A stretch of 64,000 bases of DNA from Alphaproteobacteria bacterium. Its GTDB lineage: Bacteria > Pseudomonadota > Alphaproteobacteria > GCA-2731375. The position numbers were made by a program, and so were the translations under genes. The stretch covers positions 3,712,001 to 3,776,000 of the forward strand of contig CBDDPY010000002.1 of NCBI GenBank assembly GCA_965232515.1, in the 5' to 3' direction. Of this stretch, positions 9,919-19,053 are shown one piece after another. Position 1 is the first letter of the stretch. Each line of letters begins with the position of its first letter. Under the pieces are notes generated by a model. The model saw only the letters and a program-made list of their open reading frames with translations. It ran no database searches and had not been told where the DNA came from.

Positions 9919-11009
9919 CACCAACCACCGATCCTGCGGCCGCGCAGCAGAAGCCAGAGGAAAAACGGGCCGCCGACAAACGCCGTCAACACACCGATCG
10001 GCAGTTCCGACGGCAGCACGACGGTTCGGGCGAACACATCTGCGATCAACATCAGCGCCGCGCCGAGCAGAACCGCGCCCGGCAGCAAGGTGCGGTGGTC
10101 CGGGCCGATCGACAGTCGAATCAGATGCGGCACCACCAGCCCGACAAAACCGATGACGCCGGTCAGGGACACCGACGCGCCGGCCGTCAGCGCGGCGAGA
10201 ACGACAATAATGCGTTTCGTCCGCTCGACATCGAATCCGAGATGAAAGGCCTGGCCCTCGCCCAGCAGCAATGCGTTTAGCCGCTGCCAAAGCAGCGGCA
10301 GGATCAGAACCGGCACGCCAATCAGCGGCAGCGCCGGCAGCAACGTCGACCAGGTCACGCCGCCAAGGCTGCCGAGGAGCCAGAAGTTCAGGTCGCGGAG
10401 CTGCTGATCCGTGCTGATGAACACCATCAAACCGATGCCAGCACTCGCGACCGCGTTCAACGCCACGCCGGCCAGCAGCATGGTCGCCACATCGACCTGA
10501 CCGTCACGGCTGGCAATGCGATAGACCAGCAGGGTCACGAGCAATCCGCCCGTGAAGGCGGCGACCGGCAGCAGATATGGCCGAAGTTCCAACGGCAAAA
10601 AGGCCGCCAACGTCCCACCGAGAACGATCGTCGCCACCGCGGCCAGTGCCGCGCCGCTGGAAACGCCGATCAACGCCGGATCGGCAAGCGGATTGCGAAA
10701 GAGTCCTTGCAGGACGGCGCCCGAAACGGCGAGCGCGGCGCCGGTCACCAGACCCAGAATCATCCGCGGCAGGCGGATCGACAGCAGAACGGTTTCTTCG
10801 CGCTGACCGAATTCCCAGGGCAACGCGATTCCCATCTCGTGCGCCAGGATCGCCAGTATCTGACCCGGCGAGACGGAAACGGCGCCGTGGGAAATCGAGA
10901 CCAGGACGACGAAGCCCAGCAACCCCGTCAAGGCGCAAAGAAACATCGCTCCACGCCGTTGGCGTCGGCGCGCGACAACGGCGATGTCGGGCGAGACAGC
11001 CGAATTCAT
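9918..11009 (-). CDS. hmuU: Heme ABC transporter permease (FecCD family)
   Basis: IRLPR, LFRNPLADP and IGFVGLVVPH motifs. Confidence 0.92.
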   Translation of the reverse strand: MNSAVSPDIAVVARRRQRRGAMFLCALTGLLGFVVLVSISHGAVSVSPGQILAILAHEMGIALPWEFGQREETVLLSIRLPRMILGLVTGAALAVSGAVLQGLFRNPLADPALIGVSSGAALAAVATIVLGGTLAAFLPLELRPYLLPVAAFTGGLLVTLLVYRIASRDGQVDVATMLLAGVALNAVASAGIGLMVFISTDQQLRDLNFWLLGSLGGVTWSTLLPALPLIGVPVLILPLLWQRLNALLLGEGQAFHLGFDVERTKRIIVVLAALTAGASVSLTGVIGFVGLVVPHLIRLSIGPDHRTLLPGAVLLGAALMLIADVFARTVVLPSELPIGVLTAFVGGPFFLWLLLRGRRIGGW

Positions 11010-11030
11010 CAGACTGAATCGATTACTCGC

Positions 11031-11957
11031 CTACTCTGACTTGACGGTCGGCAGCACGAGATTGGGATGCAGTTCGGCGGCCAACGTCCGCACCGCCTGG
11101 CCCGTACGAGGCCCGAAGCCCAACAGCAACAAACCATCGATCGCAACCACCCGACCTTGTTGCGCCGCGGGCGTGAGAGAGATCTCGGGCAGGCCAAGCA
11201 GTCCAGCCTTGCCGCCCAAGAGCTCTAGCGTTCGGTTGGTCACCAGCAAGACATCGGGCGCCGCCAATACAGCCGCTTCCGGCGACAGCGGCTTGAAACT
11301 TTCGAACGCGTCGACCGCATTGATGCCGCCAGCCAGGCGGATGATGCCGTCCGCCGATGTGTCTCGTCCGCCAGCCAGCGGCGCGCCACCCTGGCCGATC
11401 GACAGCAGGAACAGCACCTTCGGACGTTCGCCGACGCTGCCGACGGCATCGCTCAGCCGATTGAAGTCGGCGCGCAGTGTCGCCGTGACGGCACGGCCCC
11501 GTTCGGCGACGCCGAGGGCCGCGGCAATCAGCTCGATCTTCCTCAGGACGCCGTCATAGCTCGGATCGTCCGGCACCAGAACGACGGGCACGCCGGATTC
11601 GCGGAGTTGGTTCAACGCCGTCTCCGGTCCCGCATCCTCGACCGCCAACACGACCGACGGCGCCAGCCCCAGGATCGGCTCGGCCGAAAGCCGGCGCATA
11701 TAGCCGACATCCGGCTTCTCAGCGACGGCGCGGGGAAATTGGCTCGTCGAATCGACGGCGACCACGTTGTCGGCAAACCCCAGCGCGAAGACGACTTCCG
11801 TCACCGCGCCGCCGACGGACACGATCCGTCCGGTATCGCGCACCGTGACGCTGGCGCCGGTGGCGTCGACCACCGTGGTTTCGGCAACCGCGATGACCGC
11901 GCCCGCCGGCAACAGCAACGCGATCAATGCAATCCGACGCAACGATCTCCGAAGCAT
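11031..11957 (-). CDS. hmuT: Heme ABC transporter periplasmic binding protein
   Basis: RIVSVGGAVTE, VGYMRRLSAE (heme-ligating Tyr) and LLLGFGPR. Confidence 0.9.
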   Translation of the reverse strand: MLRRSLRRIALIALLLPAGAVIAVAETTVVDATGASVTVRDTGRIVSVGGAVTEVVFALGFADNVVAVDSTSQFPRAVAEKPDVGYMRRLSAEPILGLAPSVVLAVEDAGPETALNQLRESGVPVVLVPDDPSYDGVLRKIELIAAALGVAERGRAVTATLRADFNRLSDAVGSVGERPKVLFLLSIGQGGAPLAGGRDTSADGIIRLAGGINAVDAFESFKPLSPEAAVLAAPDVLLVTNRTLELLGGKAGLLGLPEISLTPAAQQGRVVAIDGLLLLGFGPRTGQAVRTLAAELHPNLVLPTVKSE

Positions 11958-11967
11958 TCTCGATCCC

Positions 11968-14109
11968 TCACCATTTGAATGCGTAAGTGACCAGCGCCTT
12001 GTAGTTGCGGCCGGCCTCGAACGCGTTGGTATTGACGCGCGCATATTTCTTGTCGAAGACGTTGTCGACGCCGACATCCAGCCGGAATCCTTCGAGCAGG
12101 CCGTCGCTTGGCGCCCAGGCGGCATAGATGTCGTTGGTGGCGTAGCCGTCGCGCGCCTCGTCCGGGTTGTTGACTTCCTCGAATTCCTTGGCGGCGATGA
12201 TGCGCCAGCCGACGATGGAATCGAACTCCGGCAGCTTCAGCGCGGCATTGACCGTCAGCTTGGTCGGCGTCAGGGTGCCGAGCTTGACGCCGGTCTCGTC
12301 GTTCTCGCCGTCCAGCTTCGTATAGCCAAGCGTGAACAGATAGCGGTTGCTTTCGTAGGACGCCTCGATCTCGGTGCCGAACAGCCGCGCTACCGGCACG
12401 TTGGACGTCGTCGTCGTCCCGTCGCAGTCCCCGGGAATTGCCACGGTGCATTCAAAAGGATTGAACGGGTTCGGCTGGGTGACGACCTGATCGATGAAAT
12501 CCTTGCCCTTGGTGCGGTAATAGGAACCCTTGATCTGGAACTGGTCGCCGGCACGGGCCACGCTATTGAAGGTCAGACCGGCGCCAACCTCGACCGTGCG
12601 CGTGCGCTGCGGATCGAGATCGGCATTGGGAACGAAACGGTTGACGACCGTGGGCAAGCCGGTGATCGGGATCTGGAAGTGCGTGCCGGTCAGAAACAGT
12701 TCGTCGAACGTCGGCGCCCGGAACGCCTCGGCGTAATTGGCGAACAGCAGCAGAAAATCCGTTGGCAGATAGCTGATGCCGAACCGCGGCGAGATTTCCT
12801 CCTCGTCGGTGTTTTCGGCAATGTCGCTGGTCAGCTCGTAATTGTCGTAGCGAATGCCGGGGATCAGCAACAGATCGCCCGGCAGAATGCCCAGGGGCTC
12901 GGCGATGGCGATCTCGGCCTGGGCGAACAGGCCATAGGTGTCGGCATCGGCATCCGGCACGCCGTCGCGCTCGCCCGCGCCGGCGGCGCCGTCCTGGTCG
13001 TCGAGGTAAAACTCGCCGCCATAGGTGAAGGTGGTGCCGATACTGTCGGTCAGCATGAACCGCGACCGGTTGTCGAGACGGAAACCGATCGTATCGACGT
13101 CGCGCTTCAGCAGTTCGCCGGTCGGGCCGACACCGCCCTCGTCGAGACGCAGCTCGTCGACCTGGAAATCCGTGTAATAGGCGACGAGGTCCAGATCGAT
13201 CAGGTTATTGTTTGGGTTCTTATAGCTGTAGGCCGCGCGGAAGGTATCGTTCTCGATGTCCTTTTCGACGGCGCCGCCACTGCCCAAACCCTGGCCGTTG
13301 TTCGGTTCCTCGGCGTCGTTGTCGAAGCGCAGGAACGAGCCCTCGACCCGGTGAAAGCCGCCGAACTCATAGCTGCCCTTCAACAGACCGCTGATGATAT
13401 CGTCGTCCGAGTTGGTCAGCTTGGTGTCGTTGCCCAGCTCGATGGAGCCGGAATCGCGTTTGGTCACGCTGCCGACCAGGTCCAGGCCATCGATCGTCGT
13501 GCCGTAGCCGGTCACTGTGCCGACGCGCTCGCGGTTGACCGTCTGATAGCCGCCCGACAGCGACAGGCCGGCTGTCTCGCCCGGCGCCAGGAAGTCCGAT
13601 GCGTCGATGGTGCGGAATTCGATCACGCCGCCGGTGCCGCCACTGCCATAGAGTGCCGATGCCGGCCCGCGCAGCACCTCGACCTGTTTCAGCAGGCTGG
13701 GATCGACAAAGAAGCGACCATCGTGGGCCGAGCCGAAGTTCTGCCGAGCGCCATCGAGCAGGATTACGACATCGGGGCCATCGAAGCCGCGGACGGTCGG
13801 CGTCTCGCCGGAGCGTCGCGGGCCGCCGCTGAACTCGACGCCGGGCACGAAGCGCAGAATGTCGTCGACCGACGACGGCTGCAGCGTGCGGATCGCCTCA
13901 CGCCCCGTCACCGTCACCATGCCCGGATATTCGAACGCCTTGATCGGGTTCCGGGTCGCCGTCACCGATATGGTGTCGAGGATCATCTGCTCGCCGGTGC
14001 CGGCGGCCGCGCCGGCATCGGCGTCCGTCGATGTCTGCGCCGACGCCGCCTTGGCGGCGGCAACGGCGGCCAGGATGCAGATCGGCATTCGCCAGGATTT
14101 GCCAGCCAT
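11968..14109 (-). CDS. hmuR: TonB-dependent heme/hemoglobin receptor
   Basis: TonB box DTISVTAT, plug His (SAHDGR), FRAP and PNADL motifs, C-terminal aromatic residue. Confidence 0.92.
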   Translation of the reverse strand: MAGKSWRMPICILAAVAAAKAASAQTSTDADAGAAAGTGEQMILDTISVTATRNPIKAFEYPGMVTVTGREAIRTLQPSSVDDILRFVPGVEFSGGPRRSGETPTVRGFDGPDVVILLDGARQNFGSAHDGRFFVDPSLLKQVEVLRGPASALYGSGGTGGVIEFRTIDASDFLAPGETAGLSLSGGYQTVNRERVGTVTGYGTTIDGLDLVGSVTKRDSGSIELGNDTKLTNSDDDIISGLLKGSYEFGGFHRVEGSFLRFDNDAEEPNNGQGLGSGGAVEKDIENDTFRAAYSYKNPNNNLIDLDLVAYYTDFQVDELRLDEGGVGPTGELLKRDVDTIGFRLDNRSRFMLTDSIGTTFTYGGEFYLDDQDGAAGAGERDGVPDADADTYGLFAQAEIAIAEPLGILPGDLLLIPGIRYDNYELTSDIAENTDEEEISPRFGISYLPTDFLLLFANYAEAFRAPTFDELFLTGTHFQIPITGLPTVVNRFVPNADLDPQRTRTVEVGAGLTFNSVARAGDQFQIKGSYYRTKGKDFIDQVVTQPNPFNPFECTVAIPGDCDGTTTTSNVPVARLFGTEIEASYESNRYLFTLGYTKLDGENDETGVKLGTLTPTKLTVNAALKLPEFDSIVGWRIIAAKEFEEVNNPDEARDGYATNDIYAAWAPSDGLLEGFRLDVGVDNVFDKKYARVNTNAFEAGRNYKALVTYAFKW

Positions 14110-14145
14110 TTTCTAAGACCTCTCCAGCTGTTGACGCGTGGTCCG

Positions 14146-14184
14146 GGCTGGCTGCGGCAGGCGCTGGGCCTGGATGGCTGGCTG
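14146..14184 (-). promoter_or_regulatory. Direct repeats CAGCCAGCC x2 in the hmuR leader, candidate HmuP-responsive elements
   Basis: GGCTGGCTG on the plus strand at 14146-14154 and 14176-14184, between hmuP and hmuR. Confidence 0.55.
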
Positions 14185-14228
14185 GGACTCATTTTCTTAT
14201 CGAATTCGGGTGCCCGTGGGCGGTGCGG

Positions 14229-14447
14229 CTATTTCGTCAGAATGAGCTTGCCGTTGCTGGTGCAACGCAGACGATAGGCTTCGCCGTTGTGGTCGATGAC
14301 CACTTCGTTCGCGCCCGCCAAAAGTTCGGCGCTGTTCAGAACCCGAAGATCGGCGGCATGCGTTTGTGCGCGCGACGCCTCGAGCACGGTGGCGGACCCC
14401 CGTTTGATAGGGCGGCCGCCCATTCGCACCCGTCCGTCCAATTTCAT
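14229..14447 (-). CDS. hmuP: Hemin uptake protein HemP/HmuP
   Basis: C-terminal signature EVVIDHNGEAYRLRCTSNGKLILTK. Exact start uncertain. Confidence 0.9.
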   Translation of the reverse strand: MKLDGRVRMGGRPIKRGSATVLEASRAQTHAADLRVLNSAELLAGANEVVIDHNGEAYRLRCTSNGKLILTK

Positions 14448-14487
14448 TCGTTACACCGTCACTCGCATTCGTTGGATTATTTGTAGC

Positions 14488-14531
14488 GCGAATGACTCGC
14501 ATTATCAACGCAGTTGAGACGCATTCGCATG
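14488..14531. promoter_or_regulatory. Tandem candidate iron-regulator boxes (alphaproteobacterial Fur-type)
   Basis: Near-palindromes GCGAATGACTCGCATT (14488-14503) and TTGAGACGCATTCGCAT (14514-14530) upstream of hmuP. Confidence 0.6.
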
Positions 14532-14803
14532 TCAGCTGGTTGCAAGTCGCGGTACTGCTCGATTGGAAGGCCGCAATCTCAGTCGAACGGTGCGGTTTGG
14601 AGCCAGGGATCGCCAGTCGTGAATTCAGTTTCCGTTGGTCAAGGCGGTGGCGCAGATTCAGCATTGCGATTGCGATGCAATTTCAATACTTAGATAGTCA
14701 GCAACCCGGCGCTCCTGGCAGGGGGTCGTCAGATGTTGAACCTGGGATTGGCGGCGGCACGTGCCGCCGTCGGCGTAACGCCATAACGAACGAGGTGTCG
14801 AAC

Positions 14804-15112
14804 ATGTTCATCGCCATGAACCGGTTTCGCGTGCAGCGCGGCCATGAAGAGGATTTCGAGCAGGTCTGGAAGCAGCGCGACACCCATCTGAACACGGTGC
14901 CCGGTTTCAAGGAGTTCCACCTCCTGAAGGGCCCGGAGGAAGATGATCACACGCTCTATGCCTCGCACACGGTCTGGGCCTCGAAAGCGCATTTCGAGGA
15001 CTGGACGAAGTCGGACGCGTTCCGCAAGGCCCACCAGGATGCCGGCACCCGCAAAAACCTCTATCTCGGCCACCCGAACTTCGAGGGCTTCGAGGTCGTG
15101 CAGGCGCTCTGA
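14804..15112 (+). CDS. IsdG/HmuQ-like heme-degrading monooxygenase (ABM fold)
   Basis: MFIAMNRF (catalytic Asn), VPGF, W..WTKSDAFRKAH (heme-ligand His). Divergent from the hmu operon. Confidence 0.85.
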   Translation: MFIAMNRFRVQRGHEEDFEQVWKQRDTHLNTVPGFKEFHLLKGPEEDDHTLYASHTVWASKAHFEDWTKSDAFRKAHQDAGTRKNLYLGHPNFEGFEVVQAL

Positions 15113-15129
15113 TCGCCGCCGGCGCGTAA

Positions 15130-16119
15130 TTATTCCGCCAGGTGGCAGGCGGCGCCCTGCGCCGCGGCGAGCGGCCGGAATTCGGGCACCTCCTGACGGC
15201 AGCGGTCGACGGCGAGCGGGCAGCGCGGGTGGAACCGGCAGCCCGGCGGCGGGTTCAGCGGCGAGGGGATCTCGCCGGTGATCGGCCGAAACTCGACCAG
15301 GGCCGAGTCCTCGAGCACCAGCCGGGGCACGCTGTCGAGCAGCGCCCGCGTATAGGGGTGCTTCGGCTGGCCGTAGACGGTTTCCGCATCGCCGAGCTCG
15401 ACCAGTTTGCCGAGATACATGATCGCGACCCGGTCGGAGACGTGCCGCACGACGCCGAGGTCGTGCGAGATGAACAGACAGGTGATCGACAGCTCGCGCC
15501 GCAGCTTAAGAAATAGATTGATGATCTGCGCCTGGATCGAGACGTCGAGCGAGGCCACGGGCTCGTCGCAGATCAGTACGTCGGGCTGCATGGCCAGCGC
15601 CCGGGCGATGGCGATGCGCTGGCGCTGTCCGCCCGAGAACTGGTGCGGATAGCGGTTGGCGAAACCCGGCTCCAGGCCGACGCGTTCGAGCCAGTCGGCG
15701 ACATACGCACGCGCGTCGGCGCGGTCGACCAGGCCATGCGCCACGGCGCCCTCGGCAACGGTGTCGCCCACGGGCATGCGCGGATCGAGCGAGGCGAAGG
15801 GGTCCTGGAATACGGTCTGGATGCGGGTCGTCGCCTTGCGGCCGTCGATCATGACGGGCGCGCCGTCGAGCGATACCCGGCCCGCGGTCGGCGGCAGGAT
15901 GCCAGCGGCGACGCGGCCGAGCGTCGACTTGCCGCAACCGGATTCACCGACCAGCCCCACCGTCTCGCCGCGCGCGATGTCGAGCGAGACGCTGTCCACG
16001 GCCTGCACGGCGCGGGTCTCGACACTGCCGCCAAGCTTGGCCGCGATCCGGTCGCCGAGCGACAGATGCGGCGCGAAGCGCTTGGAAACGTTGTCGATCG
16101 TCAGGAATCCATCGATCAC
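15130..16119 (-). CDS. Peptide/nickel-type ABC transporter ATPase (DppF-like)
   Basis: GESGCGKST, YPHQFSGGQRQR and a C-terminal GCRFHPRC domain. GTG start overlaps the upstream stop. Confidence 0.9.
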   Translation of the reverse strand: MIDGFLTIDNVSKRFAPHLSLGDRIAAKLGGSVETRAVQAVDSVSLDIARGETVGLVGESGCGKSTLGRVAAGILPPTAGRVSLDGAPVMIDGRKATTRIQTVFQDPFASLDPRMPVGDTVAEGAVAHGLVDRADARAYVADWLERVGLEPGFANRYPHQFSGGQRQRIAIARALAMQPDVLICDEPVASLDVSIQAQIINLFLKLRRELSITCLFISHDLGVVRHVSDRVAIMYLGKLVELGDAETVYGQPKHPYTRALLDSVPRLVLEDSALVEFRPITGEIPSPLNPPPGCRFHPRCPLAVDRCRQEVPEFRPLAAAQGAACHLAE

Positions 16120-17087
16120 GCGGCGGCTCCCTGAGGATGGTGACAGCGGAAGCCGCGATCGACCGTGTCGGTCCAGACGGGATCGCCGCGGCATTCATCG
16201 TCTGCGAATTGACAACGCGGCGCGAATGGACAGCCCGGCGGCAGGTCGAGCAGAGACGGCGTCGAGCCCGGCACCTGCGACAGCTCTTGTCCCGGCCGCG
16301 CGGTCGCCGGCATCGAATTGAGCAAGCCCTTGGTGTAAGGGTGGCGTGGATCGCGCAGCACCGTCGCCGTCGGGCCGGTCTCGACGACGCGGCCGGCATA
16401 CATCACCAGCAGGCGCTCGGCGAGGCTGGACACAGTGGCGAGGTCGTGGCTGATCCAGATCAGCGCCGTGCCGCTGTCACGCGCCAGCGCCTTGATCTCA
16501 TACAGAATCTGCGCCTGGATCGAGACGTCGAGCGCCGTCGTCGGCTCATCGGCGACGATCACCGCCGGCCGGTGCAGCAGCGCAATGGCGATGGCCACGC
16601 GCTGCCGCATACCGCCGGAGAACTGGTGCGGATAGGCGTCAAGCCGTGCGGCCGCATCCGGAATGCCGACCTGGGACAGGACTTCCGCCGCCCGCGCCCG
16701 CGCCGCCGACTTGGAGACGGCGTCGTGGGCGCGCACGGCCAGCGCCATCTGCAGCCCGATCGTCAGCACCGGGTTCAACGTCATCATCGGGTCCTGGAAG
16801 ACCATCGACATCTGCCGGCCGCGCACATCCCGCAGGTCGGCCGACGACATGCCGACCAGCTCCGCGCCGTCGAGGCGGATCGAGCCGCCGACGATGCGGC
16901 CCGGGGGTTCGACGAGGCCCAGCAACGAGAAACCGGTGACCGTCTTGCCCGACCCGGACTCGCCGACCAGGCCGATGATCTGGCCGCGCGACAATTCGAA
17001 CGAGACGCCGTCGACGGCCTTCACAACGCCGGCGCGGGTGAAAAAGTGCGTCTTCAGGTCCTGGACGGCCAGCAGCGGCGCGGTCAT
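16116..17087 (-). CDS. Peptide/nickel-type ABC transporter ATPase (DppD-like)
   Basis: GESGSGKT, FSGGMRQR and DEPTTALD. Confidence 0.92.
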   Translation of the reverse strand: MTAPLLAVQDLKTHFFTRAGVVKAVDGVSFELSRGQIIGLVGESGSGKTVTGFSLLGLVEPPGRIVGGSIRLDGAELVGMSSADLRDVRGRQMSMVFQDPMMTLNPVLTIGLQMALAVRAHDAVSKSAARARAAEVLSQVGIPDAAARLDAYPHQFSGGMRQRVAIAIALLHRPAVIVADEPTTALDVSIQAQILYEIKALARDSGTALIWISHDLATVSSLAERLLVMYAGRVVETGPTATVLRDPRHPYTKGLLNSMPATARPGQELSQVPGSTPSLLDLPPGCPFAPRCQFADDECRGDPVWTDTVDRGFRCHHPQGAAA

Positions 17088-17965
17088 CGCTTCAGTCTCG
17101 GGTTGAGCTGATCGCGCACCTGGTCGCCGACCAGGTTGATGGCGAAGATCAGGATGATCAGCGCGATGCCGGGATAGACCGAGATCCAGTAGCGGCCGCT
17201 CATCATGTATTTGAAGCCGTTCGAGATCAGCATGCCGAGCGACGGCTCGTTCACCGGCAGGCCGAGGCCGAGGAACGACAGGGTCGATTCCAGCGCGATG
17301 GCGTTGGCGATCTGCACCGTCGCCACCACGATCAGCGGCGGCAGGCAGTTCGGCAGCAGATGCCGGAAGACGATGCGCCTGCCGGACAGCGGCGTCGCCG
17401 CGGCGGCCTCGACATAGTCCTTGCGGCGCTCGCCCGAAGCGGCGCCATAAGCGGTGCGGGCGAAATAGGCGTACTGCGCCGCGACGAGCGCGGTCACGAG
17501 CTGCGCCTTGCCCTGGCCCAGCAGCGCCACCAGCACCAGCGCCAGCAGGATCGCCGGGAACGAAAGCTGAAGGTCGACGATGCGCATGATCAGGGCTTCG
17601 AGCCGGCCACCGGAATAGGCGGCGACGATGCCGAGCGTGGTGCCGATCACCAGAGAGACGAAGCCCGCCATCAGGCCCATCTGGATCGAGATGCGCAGGC
17701 CGTAGAGGATCGCCGAAACGAGATCGCGGCCCTGATCGTCGGTGCCGAGCAGGTGCACGTAGCCGCCGCTGCCGATATGACCCGGCGGCCGGCGGGCGTC
17801 CATCAGCGACAACGTCGCCAGGTCGTAGGGATCCTGCGGCGAAATGAGCGGCGCGAAGATGGCGATGAAGACGATGATCACCACGACGGCCAGCGCCGCC
17901 ACCGCGATCCAGTTCTCGCGGAACTCGGCCCAGAAGGCGGCCAGCGGCGAAACGGCGCCGTTCAT
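17084..17965 (-). CDS. ABC transporter permease (DppC-like)
   Basis: HLLGTDDQGRD, EAA loop and LSFLGLG. ATG at 17965. Confidence 0.9.
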   Translation of the reverse strand: MNGAVSPLAAFWAEFRENWIAVAALAVVVIIVFIAIFAPLISPQDPYDLATLSLMDARRPPGHIGSGGYVHLLGTDDQGRDLVSAILYGLRISIQMGLMAGFVSLVIGTTLGIVAAYSGGRLEALIMRIVDLQLSFPAILLALVLVALLGQGKAQLVTALVAAQYAYFARTAYGAASGERRKDYVEAAAATPLSGRRIVFRHLLPNCLPPLIVVATVQIANAIALESTLSFLGLGLPVNEPSLGMLISNGFKYMMSGRYWISVYPGIALIILIFAINLVGDQVRDQLNPRLKR

Positions 17966-18936
17966 TCCGCGCGGCCCCGACGCAACCTCGGATCGAGACC
18001 TGCGTAGATCACGTCGACCACGAGGTTGATGGTCACGAACAGGAAGGCGATCAGGATCAGATAGGCGACCATCACCGGCCGGTCGAGCGAGGTGATGGAA
18101 TCGATGATCAGCTTGCCGACGCCGGGCCAGGAAAAGATGGTTTCCGTGACGACGGCGAAGGCCAGCGTCGAGCCGAGCTCGAGCCCGAACACGGTGACGA
18201 TGGGGATCGAGATCAGCTTCAAGACGTGCCGCACCAGGATCGTCCACTCGGACAGGCCGGCGGCGCGGGCGAAGCGGACGACATCGGTCAGCATCGCCTC
18301 GCGCGTGCCGGCGCGGGCCAGCCGGATCATCATGGCGAACTTGAACAGCGCCAGATTGACCGCCGGCAGCAGCAGATGCGACAGGCCGTTCGGCGTCACG
18401 AAGCTCCAGGGAATGCCGAACAGAACGACCGTCTCGCCCCGCCCACCGGCCGGCAGCCAGCCGAGTGAGACGGCAAATGTCAGGATCAGGATCAGCCCGA
18501 CCCAGAATGTCGGCACCGAGAAGCCCAGGATCGACAACGCCATCAGCGAGCGCGCCGCGGCGCTGTGCGGCCGGTAGCCGGCGTAGATGCCGAGCGGAAT
18601 GCCGAGGATGGTGGCGCCGAGAACCGCCGCAAACGCCAGCTCCACCGAGGCCGGCAACCGGCTCAGGATCAGCTCCAGCACGGGCATGTTGTAGACGAAG
18701 GACCGGCCGAAATCGCCCTGCAGCGAGTTGCCGAGGAAGATGAAGTATTGCTCCCACAGGGGCTTGTCGAGGCCGAAGCGGGCAATGGTCTCGGCGCGGA
18801 TATCCTGCGGCGCCTCCGGCGGAATGAGCACCTCGATGGGATTGCCGATGGCATAGACGCCGACGAAGACGATGACCGACATGACGAACATGACGGCGAC
18901 CGCCTGCAGGCAACGCTGAATGACGAAGCCCAGCAT
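17962..18936 (-). CDS. ABC transporter permease (DppB-like)
   Basis: GLDKPLWEQY, GDFGRS and ETIFSWPGVG. Confidence 0.92.
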   Translation of the reverse strand: MLGFVIQRCLQAVAVMFVMSVIVFVGVYAIGNPIEVLIPPEAPQDIRAETIARFGLDKPLWEQYFIFLGNSLQGDFGRSFVYNMPVLELILSRLPASVELAFAAVLGATILGIPLGIYAGYRPHSAAARSLMALSILGFSVPTFWVGLILILTFAVSLGWLPAGGRGETVVLFGIPWSFVTPNGLSHLLLPAVNLALFKFAMMIRLARAGTREAMLTDVVRFARAAGLSEWTILVRHVLKLISIPIVTVFGLELGSTLAFAVVTETIFSWPGVGKLIIDSITSLDRPVMVAYLILIAFLFVTINLVVDVIYAGLDPRLRRGRAE

Positions 18937-18999
18937 CAGACCCTCACGTTCTCAGCGCGTCAAACGGCGCGACGCCGGGCCTTTCCTGCCCGGAAAGCG

Positions 19000-19037
19000 G
19001 CGGCGCATCGGCGGGCGTTCTGCCACCGATGCGCCGC
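19000..19037 (-). terminator. 12-bp stem-loop downstream of the binding-protein gene (mRNA stabiliser or partial terminator)
   Basis: GCGGCGCATCGG-N14-CCGATGCGCCGC. Confidence 0.55.
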
Positions 19038-19053
19038 TTGGACTTGCCGTTTG

